A DNA stretch of 64,000 nt from a virus: positions 44,592 through 108,591 of IMG/VR virus record IMGVR_UViG_3300042923_001459; one strand, written 5' to 3'. A program made the translations under genes and the position numbers. Every line of letters begins with the position of its first letter. The stretch's first letter is position 1. A model generated the notes under the pieces. It was not told the DNA's origin. It was given only the letters and a program-made list of their open reading frames with translations, and made no database searches. Of this stretch, positions 30,115 to 40,071 are shown piece by piece.

Positions 30115-30522
30115 CTAGAATTGGAAGCACCATGAACCACCACGAACGCCGAACACTAGGTCTTCGCTTTTACAAAGCTCATCGACTCTTTCAACTCTAC
30201 TTTCAATTAAGTCGGAGTCTTTATCGTACCCAACATAGAACCGACACATTTCATGAAACTCTTCTTTATACTCGTATTGTGGAATGATTTCAAGGAACTC
30301 ACCTGGAGCAAAGATAGTTTTGAACTTGTTCTCATCTCTTAAATCCAATGAGATAGTATCGAAGTCTCCGCCTTCTTGTCCGCTACGGAATTCAGTAATG
30401 TCGATGTTACCAAACTTAGCTGGTTTGATTATCATTGAAGTGCCGTTAGCATTGTGTTTGATATAATCAATCTTGTTGCAGTCCTTCGTACGTTTGAAGT
30501 TAATCCCGTTACATGATTTCAT
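30115..30522 (-). CDS. Cassette hypothetical protein
   Basis: Own promoter + RBS. Confidence 0.75.
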   Translation of the reverse strand: MKSCNGINFKRTKDCNKIDYIKHNANGTSMIIKPAKFGNIDITEFRSGQEGGDFDTISLDLRDENKFKTIFAPGEFLEIIPQYEYKEEFHEMCRFYVGYDKDSDLIESRVERVDELCKSEDLVFGVRGGSWCFQF

Positions 30523-30610
30523 TGTGTTGCCTCCTTTGATTACCTTATAGATTAATTATATCACAATTGTTAAGAGTTGTAAACTGTTTTTTAAAAGAAG
30601 AGAGGAGGGA

Positions 30611-30952
30611 TTACCCCCTCCATAATAATGCGTGGTATCTTTCCAAATCCAATAGCTTTGCCTTAGCATCATGAGGTTTTAGTTTCTCCTCTATGATTTC
30701 AGAGAAAACTTCATTGGCATTTAATCCAATTGCATAAGGGATTCCCATTAGGCGATTGAAGTCTTCTCTGTTGTCAACAGATTTTGCCAATAGGTTTTCA
30801 ATTTTCAATTGTGTGTTGTAATCTTTTCTTTCTTCCTTGTTCATCTTTGGTAAGTCCGTATCTCTATCTGGGTTGATGATGATTTCTAATCCCGTTGAAC
30901 CTACATGGAATATTCTCCGTTTGCTTTTTAATTCCTTGAAATAGTTATTCAT
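30611..30952 (-). CDS. Cassette hypothetical protein
   Basis: Own promoter + RBS. Confidence 0.75.
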   Translation of the reverse strand: MNNYFKELKSKRRIFHVGSTGLEIIINPDRDTDLPKMNKEERKDYNTQLKIENLLAKSVDNREDFNRLMGIPYAIGLNANEVFSEIIEEKLKPHDAKAKLLDLERYHALLWRG

Positions 30953-31040
30953 TTGATTCCCTCCTTTGATTACCTTATAGATTAATTATATCATAATTGT
31001 TTGATTGTGTAAACTGTTTTTTAAACAGCAAAAAAGAGAG

Positions 31041-31253
31041 TCAGTTGACTCCCTTCAGTCTTTTGCGTCTCATCATGTCTTGATATGATGTGCGGTCCGG
31101 TTGAATGAAGAGGTTGTACTCTTCTTCAGTAAAGCCAAGGAATTCTTGCAGAGTTCTTTCTTCATCTGCATCGTCATGCCAGTTATCAACGTAATCATCT
31201 ACGTCTTTAAGTTCTGCGTTGCCGTCAATATAGTCTTGAACAAATGTACTCAT
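31041..31253 (-). CDS. Hypothetical protein, paralog of 38918..39115
   Basis: TFVQD..G.A.L.D...YV..W...LQEFLGFT; start MSTF. Confidence 0.7.
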   Translation of the reverse strand: MSTFVQDYIDGNAELKDVDDYVDNWHDDADEERTLQEFLGFTEEEYNLFIQPDRTSYQDMMRRKRLKGVN

Positions 31254-31465
31254 ACTAGTTTCTCCTCCGTCCATACAGTTCTACGTAAAAATTGATTCCG
31301 CATTTCTTGCAGTTCTCCAAGTCCCTTTGCTAACTCGATTGTATCTTCTCCTGCTAGAGCAGCGCGTCCAATCATATCAGAAGTTTGTTCAATTTGTTTC
31401 TGAATGCTGTCATACATACGAAGTACTTCGCCAACCTTACATGGCTTCATGTCTGAATGATTCAT
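31250..31465 (-). CDS. Hypothetical protein
   Basis: Coupled ORF. Confidence 0.6.
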   Translation of the reverse strand: MNHSDMKPCKVGEVLRMYDSIQKQIEQTSDMIGRAALAGEDTIELAKGLGELQEMRNQFLRRTVWTEEKLV

Positions 31466-31474
31466 CGTATCTCT

Positions 31475-31546
31475 TCACCGCTTCTTTCTAAAGTAGAATA
31501 CTAAATAGATTATTAATCCAATACCGAACCATTTAATAATGTCCAT
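31475..31546 (-). CDS. Small hydrophobic peptide (23 aa)
   Basis: MDIIKWFGIGLIIYLVFYFRKKR after AAGGAGG. Confidence 0.55.
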   Translation of the reverse strand: MDIIKWFGIGLIIYLVFYFRKKR

Positions 31547-31576
31547 GACCGTTCCTCCTTTGAGGAGAGGGGAGGA

Positions 31577-31756
31577 TTACTCCTCTCCCTCATAGAATGT
31601 TTCACCAGTCTCTTCTCCCCATTGGGAGCGTGGTGCAAGTGCTTGCCCAGCTCCGTTGTATTCAACTCCGCATGCGCATTTGTTTGCCCAGGCTGATGTA
31701 AGTTTTACTTCGTTCTCGTCGCAGTAACGACATTGAATTGTTCTGATTTGTCTCAT
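31577..31756 (-). CDS. Small Zn-ribbon cassette protein (59 aa)
   Basis: Manual: MRQIRTIQCRYC...CACGVEYNGAGQALAPRSQWGEETGE. Confidence 0.65.
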   Translation of the reverse strand: MRQIRTIQCRYCDENEVKLTSAWANKCACGVEYNGAGQALAPRSQWGEETGETFYEGEE

Positions 31757-31859
31757 TTGAATTCCTCCAGTGTTTTTGTATTGGATTACCTTATAGATTA
31801 ATTATATCACAGACTTTTGATTATGTAAACTGTTTTTTAAAAGAGGAAAGGGAGCTAAA

Positions 31860-32084
31860 TTACAGCTCCCACATGTCGTTCTTATGAATGTCTATCTTAC
31901 CTGTGACTGGGTCCATGCACGCTGAGTTCCAGTTACCTTCCTCGTCTGTAATCTTGAGGAAGGGTTCATCACAATAGACATCGGCTTCTAGGATAACTCC
32001 GAATTTAGCACATAGAGTTTCCAATTGTCCTTGGAATTCTAGTCTCTCCTCAGGAGAGAGTTTTAGTCCGTCTGTTCTGCTCAT
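31860..32084 (-). CDS. Hypothetical protein
   Basis: Coupled to upstream cassette gene. Confidence 0.65.
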   Translation of the reverse strand: MSRTDGLKLSPEERLEFQGQLETLCAKFGVILEADVYCDEPFLKITDEEGNWNSACMDPVTGKIDIHKNDMWEL

Positions 32085-32323
32085 ATTGTTGCAATCCTCC
32101 GTTTCATTTCCAATGCTTCTTCCATTTCATGTAAATCCATTTCAATCATTGTAATCTCTTCGTTGAGAGCTTGGCGATGATTCTCAATGTGCAATGGGGT
32201 CCAGCTTTGTCCGACATCTTCGCGTTCCGCTTTCTTCCGTTCAATGTTTTCCTTGCGTTCCTTAATCATCTTCTCTAATCCATTGATTGAGTAGTATAAT
32301 GCATAATCACCTTGGCTCTTCAT
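32081..32323 (-). CDS. Cassette coiled-coil protein
   Basis: Own promoter + RBS. Confidence 0.7.
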   Translation of the reverse strand: MKSQGDYALYYSINGLEKMIKERKENIERKKAEREDVGQSWTPLHIENHRQALNEEITMIEMDLHEMEEALEMKRRIATI

Positions 32324-32414
32324 TGTTGTTCCTCCTTTGATTACCTTATAAGATAATTATATCATGGTTAATCAATCATGTAAACTGTTTTTTAAGAATA
32401 CTCTGTCATATCTC

Positions 32415-32466
32415 GTGAATCATAAAAGGAAGGATAAGGATATATATTATCCTGATTTCTGATTCA
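32415..32466. repeat. Second repeat family (GTGAATC...AGGATATATATTA...GATTCA), copy 1
   Basis: Similar to copies at ~36008, 37989, 46216, 52864, 54054. Confidence 0.6.
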
Positions 32467-32502
32467 ATCTGGTGACAAATAAAAAAGAGAGCGTTAGCTC
32501 TC

Positions 32503-32859
32503 TTAGTAAAGCCCACTTCCTGTTCCGAATCCGCAGCGTCCGCAAACAACTCCCATATATCCACGGCTTGGTCCGTTAACATCTTCTGCTTCGAAATTGT
32601 GTCCTTTCTCTTCACATTCTTTGAAGCGAGATATTTGTTCTTTAACTCCAGTTATTGCTAGTTCCATCTCATTGTCTGTCGCCTCGTTTGCTTCCTTTGC
32701 CTTGATTTCAGCTTCTTCAATTGTCATGCCTTCTTCTTTCATGTAGTAGAACACGTGGTCTCCAATAGATTCAACACGCATAAAGAAGTTCAGTTCTTCT
32801 TGTGTTGCGCTATCAAGACTGGTAACCAACAATACATACTGTTCGTATGTCATTTTCAT
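32503..32859 (-). CDS. Cassette hypothetical protein
   Basis: Own promoter + RBS; C-terminal C..GH...CGRCG. Confidence 0.75.
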   Translation of the reverse strand: MKMTYEQYVLLVTSLDSATQEELNFFMRVESIGDHVFYYMKEEGMTIEEAEIKAKEANEATDNEMELAITGVKEQISRFKECEEKGHNFEAEDVNGPSRGYMGVVCGRCGFGTGSGLY

Positions 32860-32950
32860 TTGTATTCCTCCTTTGATTACCTTATAGATTAATTATATCA
32901 CAGTTGTTGAGAGTTGTAAACTGTTTTTTAAAAAGAAGAGAGGAGTATTT

Positions 32951-33259
32951 TTAGTCCTCCTCGTCTTCCTCTATTTCGTCCAAGTGACAATCACAACAAC
33001 ATGGATGACATCCGCAAGATAACAATCTATCATCTTCATGCAAGTCATCATACGTTGCTTCTAGTTCTTCTTCGTTGTTTTCCCAATCACTGGGTTCATC
33101 ATGCATGAAGTCATCTTCTTCTTCAAACTTGTCATCCTCAACGAGGAGCTTGGCGCCTTCCCATTCAGCTCCGCACATACAAATTAAATCGCCATCTACT
33201 TTGTGAGGTCCGCAATATGGAGATGGTCTATCGCAGAATCTGCATTCATAATGTGCCAT
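32951..33259 (-). CDS. Acidic Cys-rich cassette protein
   Basis: CRFC, CMCG, D/E-rich middle, CGCHPCCCDC. Confidence 0.7.
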   Translation of the reverse strand: MAHYECRFCDRPSPYCGPHKVDGDLICMCGAEWEGAKLLVEDDKFEEEDDFMHDEPSDWENNEEELEATYDDLHEDDRLLSCGCHPCCCDCHLDEIEEDEED

Positions 33260-33349
33260 TGTTCTTCCTCCTTTGATTACCTTATAAGATAATTATATCA
33301 CAGATTATAGAACTTGTAAACTGTTTTTTAACAACAAAAAAGGAGAGGG

Positions 33350-33817
33350 TTAGCTCTCCTCCCCTAAACAACTATCACATCGACAACCATCATCACAATC
33401 ATCGTCATCGTCATCTTCTTCCTCTTCATCCGCTATGACAATTTTGACCACTCGTTCTACTTCTTCTCTAAGATTATCCTCAAGTGTGTCTTCACCTTCT
33501 AACCAGCTTCCACTTGACCACGGGTAACTTCTCTGCACTTCATAAGTTACATCTTCCTCTTCCTCTTCTTCTACTTCGCAATCACAATCATCTCCATCTT
33601 CGCAATCATCATCCTCGTCGTTCTCTTCTTTCTCTTCGGCTTGATAAGTGAGTTGGCAATCATGGAATGCGTCCATCTCTTCTTCAGTAAAGAGATGTTC
33701 TAAACCATTATCTTCTATTGCAGCGCCGAAATAAGCAAGACTATGATGTCTATCAGGTATTGCATTATATATCGCATCTACTACCTCTTTAAGTTGCTCA
33801 TCAGTTAATTGACTCAT
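33350..33817 (-). CDS. Highly acidic cassette protein
   Basis: Long D/E tracts interspersed with Cys. Confidence 0.7.
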   Translation of the reverse strand: MSQLTDEQLKEVVDAIYNAIPDRHHSLAYFGAAIEDNGLEHLFTEEEMDAFHDCQLTYQAEEKEENDEDDDCEDGDDCDCEVEEEEEEDVTYEVQRSYPWSSGSWLEGEDTLEDNLREEVERVVKIVIADEEEEDDDDDDCDDGCRCDSCLGEES

Positions 33818-33907
33818 TTTGTTTCCTCCTTTGATTACCTTATAGATTAATTATAACACAATTGTTAGGGTTTGTAAACAGCTTTTTAAAACAAAAAAAG
33901 GAGAGCG

Positions 33908-34105
33908 TTAGCTCTCCTCAATTGGTGCAAACATACGTTGGAAGTTCCTGAACATCTTGGCTCCATCTTGCCATAGTTCATTTGGTGATGGTTTGATCAT
34001 GAAGTTACCTTGTTGTCCCATCTTCACCACATGTCCTAATGCTTCGAGCAAATCATCGAATTCAAGTATGTCTAAGCAATTTGGGTAAACGATTTGAATT
34101 TTCAT
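33908..34105 (-). CDS. Cassette hypothetical protein
   Basis: Own promoter + RBS. Confidence 0.7.
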   Translation of the reverse strand: MKIQIVYPNCLDILEFDDLLEALGHVVKMGQQGNFMIKPSPNELWQDGAKMFRNFQRMFAPIEES

Positions 34106-34215
34106 TTTGTTCCTCCTTTGTGATTACCTTATAGAATAATTATATCACAAACTTTTGAATTTGTAAACTGTTTTTTAAGACAAAAAAAGGAGAGGGATTT
34201 CTCCCTCTCGTACTT

Positions 34216-34446
34216 TCATCTTGCTAATTCTTTGAGCCTTTCTATAAAACGTACTTCATCTTTCGGATAGTGCTTTTCAAAGTACTCAATTGCCATTTCA
34301 ACTGGCAATCCGTCAAGCATTTTGCTACACCACTGGTATCTGTCGGTTTCTACACCAAACATATCGTCGTCAACTTCATAGTGGTACATCCATTTCAACT
34401 CTATTTTGTAGCACCTTATTACAAAATCTCGAAGTTCTTGGTTCAT
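34216..34446 (-). CDS. Cassette hypothetical protein
   Basis: Own promoter + RBS + terminator. Confidence 0.7.
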   Translation of the reverse strand: MNQELRDFVIRCYKIELKWMYHYEVDDDMFGVETDRYQWCSKMLDGLPVEMAIEYFEKHYPKDEVRFIERLKELAR

Positions 34447-34537
34447 TGTTATTTCCTCCTTCGTTATTACCTTATAGATTAATTATATCACAATCGTTTG
34501 GGTTTGTAAATTGTTTTTTAAAAGAAAAGAGAGGGTG

Positions 34538-34801
34538 TTACCCCTCTACCTTTAATTCATACCAAGTATCTGAATAGCCATTTGCTGCTGCGTTTGTTAC
34601 AGCATTATTGAGATTTGATACCAATGATTTAATTGTTTTAGGTTCTAAGTTAATTTTCTTATTACCTTTTTCATGTTGCCATGATTTCCCGACTTCAAGA
34701 GTGTAACCAAAATATTTAATAAATTCTTCTAAAGTTCTAGCAATCTCCGTTGTTTGTCCTCTACGATGTTTGATGATTGTGAAAATCTTTGGTTCTTTCA
34801 T
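34538..34801 (-). CDS. Cassette hypothetical phage protein
   Basis: TLEE.IKYFGYTLEVGKSW...KIN..PKTIKSLV.NLN. Confidence 0.75.
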   Translation of the reverse strand: MKEPKIFTIIKHRRGQTTEIARTLEEFIKYFGYTLEVGKSWQHEKGNKKINLEPKTIKSLVSNLNNAVTNAAANGYSDTWYELKVEG

Positions 34802-34901
34802 TGTTTATTCCTCCTTTGTTTTTGTATTACCTTATAAGATAATTATATCACAAACTTTTGATTATGTAAACTGTTTTTTAAAAAAGAGGGTGTTACCCCT
34901 C

Positions 34902-35105
34902 TCATTTGGTATTTAACTTGATGAGTTTAACTATCTTATCAAGTAGTTCAATTGCTTCCATTGCAAGTTCATATCCTTGTTCGGAATTGATTTTTCCAAA
35001 AATTCGGAGATCGTTTGGAGTACCGGATAAATCGTCTAATACACCTATTGCCTGTTCAAGATGCGCTATTACTTCTTTGTTCTCTACATTTTGGTCAAAT
35101 ATCAT
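34902..35105 (-). CDS. Cassette hypothetical protein
   Basis: Start MIFDQ after GGAGG. Confidence 0.7.
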   Translation of the reverse strand: MIFDQNVENKEVIAHLEQAIGVLDDLSGTPNDLRIFGKINSEQGYELAMEAIELLDKIVKLIKLNTK

Positions 35106-35208
35106 TTTGTTTTCCTCCAATGTTTTTTAATTTGTATTACCTTATAGAATAATTATATCACAATTGTTGGGTCTTGTAAACTGTTTTTTAACATAAAAAA
35201 AACCAGGC

Positions 35209-35604
35209 TTAGATAGCCTGGTCAATAACTGCTGGGTATTGTGGTGTGTAGAGTTCGATATCGATTTCATCTACGCCAACCAGAGTGTCCTGTGTTTCAC
35301 CAGTTTTTGGATTGAATAGTTTACCTTTAAAGGCGTTTCGTTTAGCTGAGGGCTTAACGATTTGGACCTGACGTCCTGTAGCCCAACCGCTTACCACATT
35401 TACGATATCGCCTTCCTTGAATGCTGGTGTTTCAACTTCATACCATTTGCCAGCTTTTGGAGCTTGGGTGGCAGCCATTTTATCAATTGCTTCATTGATT
35501 TGAGTAATAAGAGTTTCTGCTTTAACTCCAACCACCTTGAGGTCAAAGAGTTTACCAATTTCTTGAGCTACCTTGTAGTTTGTTTCGTTTGTAAGTTTTT
35601 TCAT
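35209..35604 (-). CDS. Rho-N-like helical domain + KOW (NusG-CTD-like) protein, paralog 1
   Basis: FKEGDIVNVVSGWATGRQVQIVKP KOW motif. Confidence 0.6.
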   Translation of the reverse strand: MKKLTNETNYKVAQEIGKLFDLKVVGVKAETLITQINEAIDKMAATQAPKAGKWYEVETPAFKEGDIVNVVSGWATGRQVQIVKPSAKRNAFKGKLFNPKTGETQDTLVGVDEIDIELYTPQYPAVIDQAI

Positions 35605-35696
35605 TTTAATTCCTCCAATGTTTTTTAATTTGTATTACCTTATAGAATAATTATATCACAAGTCTTAGTACTTGTAAACTGTTTTTTTAAAAGTTT

Positions 35697-35909
35697 TTAT
35701 GCTGTTCTTCGTATGTATACTTGGTGCACCAGTTTTGAAAGTCTTTTCATGTCAAGAAATGATATGAAGTTCTTACCGCGATATGCTGCCGGGAATGGTT
35801 GACCTTTGAACTGGTAAGGGCGTCCAAGTTTTTCTGTTAATCTTATTCTCTTTGCCGGTCTTTCTTTCATCATTAACTTTAGTTCTGTGAGTTTTTCTGT
35901 GTTTAGCAT
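35697..35909 (-). CDS. Basic cassette protein
   Basis: Own promoter + RBS. Confidence 0.7.
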   Translation of the reverse strand: MLNTEKLTELKLMMKERPAKRIRLTEKLGRPYQFKGQPFPAAYRGKNFISFLDMKRLSKLVHQVYIRRTA

Positions 35910-36007
35910 TTTGTTTCCTCCTTTGTTTTTGTATTACCTTATAGAATAATTATATCACAAACTTTTGAATGTGTAAACTGTTTTTTAAAATTCTCTAGTG
36001 ATTTCTC

Positions 36008-36062
36008 GTGAATGAAAGATTTTAGGGTAAAGGATATATATTACCGATTAAACTGATGAACA
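36008..36062. repeat. Second repeat family, copy 2
   Basis: Core GGTAAAGGATATATATTACC at 36026-36045. Confidence 0.65.
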
Positions 36063-36079
36063 CAGAAAAAAACGATGGG

Positions 36080-36454
36080 CTAGTCAATCAACTCCACCGT
36101 GATTCGTACTCGTCTTCCTTTGTAAGCGCTTCCTATCTCATTCTCAATCAACTTACTGTATCCCGGACCTTGCTCGTCAATCAAAATCAAAGCATAGTCC
36201 TCGTAATCACACCCGTTGTCTCCAACCAAACCTTCCATCACTAGGGTGTCGTCTTGCTCACCTTCAATTACCTTACCATAATAAACTTCATACTGCTTGG
36301 AGATACTTGCTACGTCTTTATCAAGAACAGCTTGCGCTTCCTCACGTGTTGCATACTTCCGTGTACTTGTCCATACATCGTTGCGGTCAATCACTTTTCC
36401 AGGACCAATTGGTTGGATATAACGGTACGATATTTCTGCTTGGTATGTTTTCAT
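36080..36454 (-). CDS. Hypothetical protein
   Basis: GGAGG RBS. Confidence 0.7.
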   Translation of the reverse strand: MKTYQAEISYRYIQPIGPGKVIDRNDVWTSTRKYATREEAQAVLDKDVASISKQYEVYYGKVIEGEQDDTLVMEGLVGDNGCDYEDYALILIDEQGPGYSKLIENEIGSAYKGRRVRITVELID

Positions 36455-36475
36455 TTTAATTCCTCCAATGTGTTT

Positions 36476-36640
36476 TTAGTTTTGATCCTTTACAATTTTA
36501 CAATCATCCTTATCAACCAAAAGAGATGGACCTTCGCCAACATAGTAATCTCCGTCTATTTCACCAAGAACAACGAACTTCTCGCCAATACAATCGGAGT
36601 ACCAGAATTCGCCACTTGCTTTGGTTATTTCAATCTTCAT
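36476..36640 (-). CDS. Small cassette protein (54 aa)
   Basis: Manual: MKIEITKASGEFWYSDCIGEKFVV...DKDDCKIV. Confidence 0.6.
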   Translation of the reverse strand: MKIEITKASGEFWYSDCIGEKFVVLGEIDGDYYVGEGPSLLVDKDDCKIVKDQN

Positions 36641-36739
36641 TTTGTTTCCTCCTTTGTTCTTCCTTATAGATTTATTATATCACAAACTTATGATTTTGTA
36701 AACTGTTTTTTAACATAAAAAAAGGGAGAATCATCTCCC

Positions 36740-37507
36740 TTACTTTTCAATATGTGCAATAGCATCTTTAATGTGGGAGATATCAAGAACAATTGCTGTC
36801 CATTCTTTAGTAGAAGCATTAGCTATTGCTACTATTTCATTATTTTCATTTAATACTGGACTACCAGAACTTCCTTTTTCTACCTTGTTTGTCAAGCGGT
36901 GAGAATATCTTACAATATCCTCTTTACCCGCAAAATAAGAACCTCTATACATTTCTGTAACTTCGCCTTCACTTATGCCAAATACACCACTTGGAAAGCC
37001 CTTGATTGTAACCTTATCACAAACAGATAGATTTTTATCAGCTATTGGTAATATTTTGATTCTATCTTTAAAATCAAGGTCGTACTGAAAAAATTTGAAT
37101 TGTGTATCAAATTTAAGAACAGATAAATCATGTTCTTCATCATCATACGCGTTTGTCAAAGCAATCTTTTCCTTGTAAGTGAAATCACCTTTTTTCCACG
37201 GCGTTTCCACCAGCAAGTCAAAAGTTAATGTTATGTTAGTAGCGTTTTTCTTCAAGCCGTGAGCAACATGATAATTTGTTATCAAATGATTATCATCAAC
37301 AATTACTCCGGTACCATAAGCACAAAAACGATCTTTTTCAATCTGATAGCATCTATTGATTTTTACTACTGAAACTGATTGAACATCATCCGTTTTATCT
37401 GTTTCTTTAGTATATTCAGCTGCAAGAGTATTTGTAGAAAAGCATAGAGTTGTAATTGCGACAATAAATATTTTGGATAACAATAATTTTTTAAACATAT
37501 CGAACAC
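36740..37507 (-). CDS. Secreted trypsin-like (S1) serine protease
   Basis: Signal peptide, GTGV..ITNYHV, HDLSVL, GSSGSPVLN. Confidence 0.88.
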   Translation of the reverse strand: MFDMFKKLLLSKIFIVAITTLCFSTNTLAAEYTKETDKTDDVQSVSVVKINRCYQIEKDRFCAYGTGVIVDDNHLITNYHVAHGLKKNATNITLTFDLLVETPWKKGDFTYKEKIALTNAYDDEEHDLSVLKFDTQFKFFQYDLDFKDRIKILPIADKNLSVCDKVTIKGFPSGVFGISEGEVTEMYRGSYFAGKEDIVRYSHRLTNKVEKGSSGSPVLNENNEIVAIANASTKEWTAIVLDISHIKDAIAHIEK

Positions 37508-37606
37508 TCTCCTTTGTTTTTGTATTACCTTATAGAATTATTATATCACATGCTTTTGAATTTGTAAACTGTTTTTTAAAAATAAAAAAGGGAGGGTGAG
37601 CTCCCT

Positions 37607-37894
37607 TTACCGGTAATTTGAAGAATCTCCACCAATTGAATTTTGGAATTGGTGTCGAATTCCGCCATTCCTTCTTTGAATAATGGAATTTGAAATAGTA
37701 CCTGGAATTACATATGTTGGCCGGCCAAAGAGTTTAATTTGCTCCAAAGGTTTAGCGATTATCTCATCATAAAATACGTCCTTCAATTTTCCGCAAACTT
37801 CAATTTGAAGCCACCCATCTCCATATACCTGTTTGATGATTCCTTTTTTGCCTGCATAATCAACTTCCTGATTGATTTGATAATCCATACCCAT
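37607..37894 (-). CDS. Cassette hypothetical protein (SH3-like N-terminus)
   Basis: Own promoter + RBS. Confidence 0.65.
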   Translation of the reverse strand: MGMDYQINQEVDYAGKKGIIKQVYGDGWLQIEVCGKLKDVFYDEIIAKPLEQIKLFGRPTYVIPGTISNSIIQRRNGGIRHQFQNSIGGDSSNYR

Positions 37895-37988
37895 TTGTAT
37901 TTCCTCCTTTGTTCTTCCTTATAGATTAATTATATCACATGCTTTTGAATTTGTAAACTGTTTTTTAATTGATCTCAGGTGATTTCTA

Positions 37989-38042
37989 GTGAATCAAGTT
38001 CTGATAGGTAAAGGATATATATTACCTCATTAATCTGAGATT
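37989..38042. repeat. Second repeat family, copy 3
   Basis: GTGAATCAAGTTCT-gata-GGTAAAGGATATATATTACC. Confidence 0.65.
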
Positions 38043-38062
38043 AACATAAAAAAACTGGGTGT

Positions 38063-38839
38063 CTAAATGACATCCAGTTGTCGATTATTATATGCTCTTA
38101 TTTGTTTCCTTTTAAGTATGTCGTAGATGACCTGCTCATCACTTAGTTTCATTACAGTGAACTTTAAATTGATATCCATTAGTGTTCTGAATTGATCTAA
38201 ATCCTTTTCTATGATAAATCCTTGTTCAATATACAAATCAATCTTTTCTGAGGAAGTTTTGGCATTTTGGATGATGTAATCAATCCCAAATTCTTCTGCG
38301 ATTGCTTGTATATTGTAGGATACCCTATTCTTTGCTAGTGAAAGAGAACCATTAGAGAACTTGAGTTTCATTTCTTTTTTGAGTTTTGAACATTTTGCTA
38401 TTTTCTTCTTCGCCTTGCTTACGATGTAATCTAGTGCTTTGTATTCATCGTGTGCTTTGTTCCATTCTTTTGTCAATTCGCTTTCATCCAAATTTGAGAA
38501 ATCATATTCATAGGATGGAAGTTTTGCATTAATTCGAAGGTGGTATGTTTGTTCATTTTTGAACTTATCGAGTTTTTCATTTGTTTCAAATTTAGCTGTA
38601 TTAACAAGTAAACCATAATCATTTAGGAATTGATTAAGACCAATTTGATTAACTTGGAATACTCTGTTTCTTATGTATTTTGCTACTATTCCTTGGGAGT
38701 GAAAAACTCGTCTTACTTCATCCTCTAGCATTCTGCTTTTGAATTCATTTCTAAGTTGAATCAACTTGTCTTCCAGGAGTTTGTATGTTTGATATTGGTT
38801 AGTTGAGAAGAGATTATCAATGATTTCTACTGCGTCCAT
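38063..38839 (-). CDS. Cassette hypothetical protein with possible internal duplication
   Basis: 258 aa, own promoter. Confidence 0.75.
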   Translation of the reverse strand: MDAVEIIDNLFSTNQYQTYKLLEDKLIQLRNEFKSRMLEDEVRRVFHSQGIVAKYIRNRVFQVNQIGLNQFLNDYGLLVNTAKFETNEKLDKFKNEQTYHLRINAKLPSYEYDFSNLDESELTKEWNKAHDEYKALDYIVSKAKKKIAKCSKLKKEMKLKFSNGSLSLAKNRVSYNIQAIAEEFGIDYIIQNAKTSSEKIDLYIEQGFIIEKDLDQFRTLMDINLKFTVMKLSDEQVIYDILKRKQIRAYNNRQLDVI

Positions 38840-38917
38840 TTGTTTGTTCCTCCTTTGTTATTACCTTATAAGATAATTATACCACAAAGGATAGCATTTG
38901 TAAACTGTTTTTTTAAA

Positions 38918-39115
38918 CTATCTTAACTTTTGAACTAGCATTGCGTTAATCATTCCTCTATTTTCAGAGAGGTATGTTTGAAATTCTGCCCATGTAAATC
39001 CAAGGAAATCTTGAAGTGAAAGTGGTGAACACCCACATCTCCATGCATTAACGTAAACTTCAAGGTCCACCAAACCAGCTCTACCATTCAATAGGTCTTG
39101 CACAAAAGTTGTCAT
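38918..39115 (-). CDS. Hypothetical protein, paralog of 31041..31253
   Basis: MTTFVQDLLNGRAGL...LQDFLGFT. Confidence 0.7.
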   Translation of the reverse strand: MTTFVQDLLNGRAGLVDLEVYVNAWRCGCSPLSLQDFLGFTWAEFQTYLSENRGMINAMLVQKLR

Positions 39116-39464
39116 TTTAATCTTCTCCCTTCATAATTACCATATTAGTTTATAAAAAAAGGACCAGCCATTAGGCTGGTCTTGTACTTGCTGTAATTGA
39201 AAGCAATTTTCGATACTCCGCTTGCATTTTTGTTCTTTCCTCGGTGGAAAGGCGTGGTGATGAAAGCTCGTGGAATAATGAATTCCTACGGGACATCATT
39301 TGTGAGTGCGTAAGACCTGTTTCTGGGTGAATTTGATTTTTCATTTAGTTCCTCCAATGCGTTTTTGTTTGTATTACCTTATAGATTTATTATATCACAG
39401 ACTTTTGATTATGTAAACTGTTTTTTAAAAAAAGAAAGAAGAGATTTTACTCTCTCCTTTGCAA

Positions 39465-39674
39465 CTATTTTCTACTCGTAATGTACGTAGGAACTTTTTT
39501 CTTATACTTTACACGAGATTGTGTACCTGTTTTTAAATTAACAGTTACCTTGTATTGACTACCTTCAATTGGAAAATTTTCACGATATATCATCTTACTT
39601 CCTCTTACCAAGTACTCAATGATTCCATACTTCTCAGCGTAAAATAAGGCTTGTTGTTCATAATTTGTTTCCAT
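39465..39674 (-). CDS. Cassette hypothetical protein
   Basis: Own promoter + RBS. Confidence 0.7.
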   Translation of the reverse strand: METNYEQQALFYAEKYGIIEYLVRGSKMIYRENFPIEGSQYKVTVNLKTGTQSRVKYKKKVPTYITSRK

Positions 39675-39775
39675 CCTATCTCCTCCTCGTTTACCTTATA
39701 GATTAATTATATCACAGACTTTTGATTTTGTAAACTGTTTTTTTAAAAAGAGAGAGGGTTTCCCCTCCCTGTTGG

Positions 39776-39970
39776 TTAGGCTTTGATTAATCCTGAAACG
39801 ATAAAGTCACTTCTTGATTGCCCGGTTAATTCCATTTGCTCTCTGATAGCTTTGTTTTCGCTATCAACATTATTCCAACCTTTGATGTACGGGCATTGTT
39901 CCTCTTTGCCAGTTACTAAGTTCATAAGTTTGAAGCCCGTGTATCCGTTCACTCCATTATTCTTTGCCAT
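39776..39970 (-). CDS. Cassette hypothetical protein
   Basis: Own promoter + RBS. Confidence 0.7.
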   Translation of the reverse strand: MAKNNGVNGYTGFKLMNLVTGKEEQCPYIKGWNNVDSENKAIREQMELTGQSRSDFIVSGLIKA

Positions 39971-40071
39971 TTTGTTTCCTCCTTTGTATTACCTTATAGA
40001 TTAATTATATCACAAGCTTAGCGCTTTGTAAACTATTTTTTAACATAAAAAAAGAGAGGGTTTCCCCTCTC

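Noticed and set aside
31804-31831. TTATGTAAACT in some cassette repeats as B. subtilis dif (XerD/RipX arm)
   Set aside because: Explained by the -35 box TTTACA; the TTA part varies among copies and no XerC-type arm lies 6 bp away
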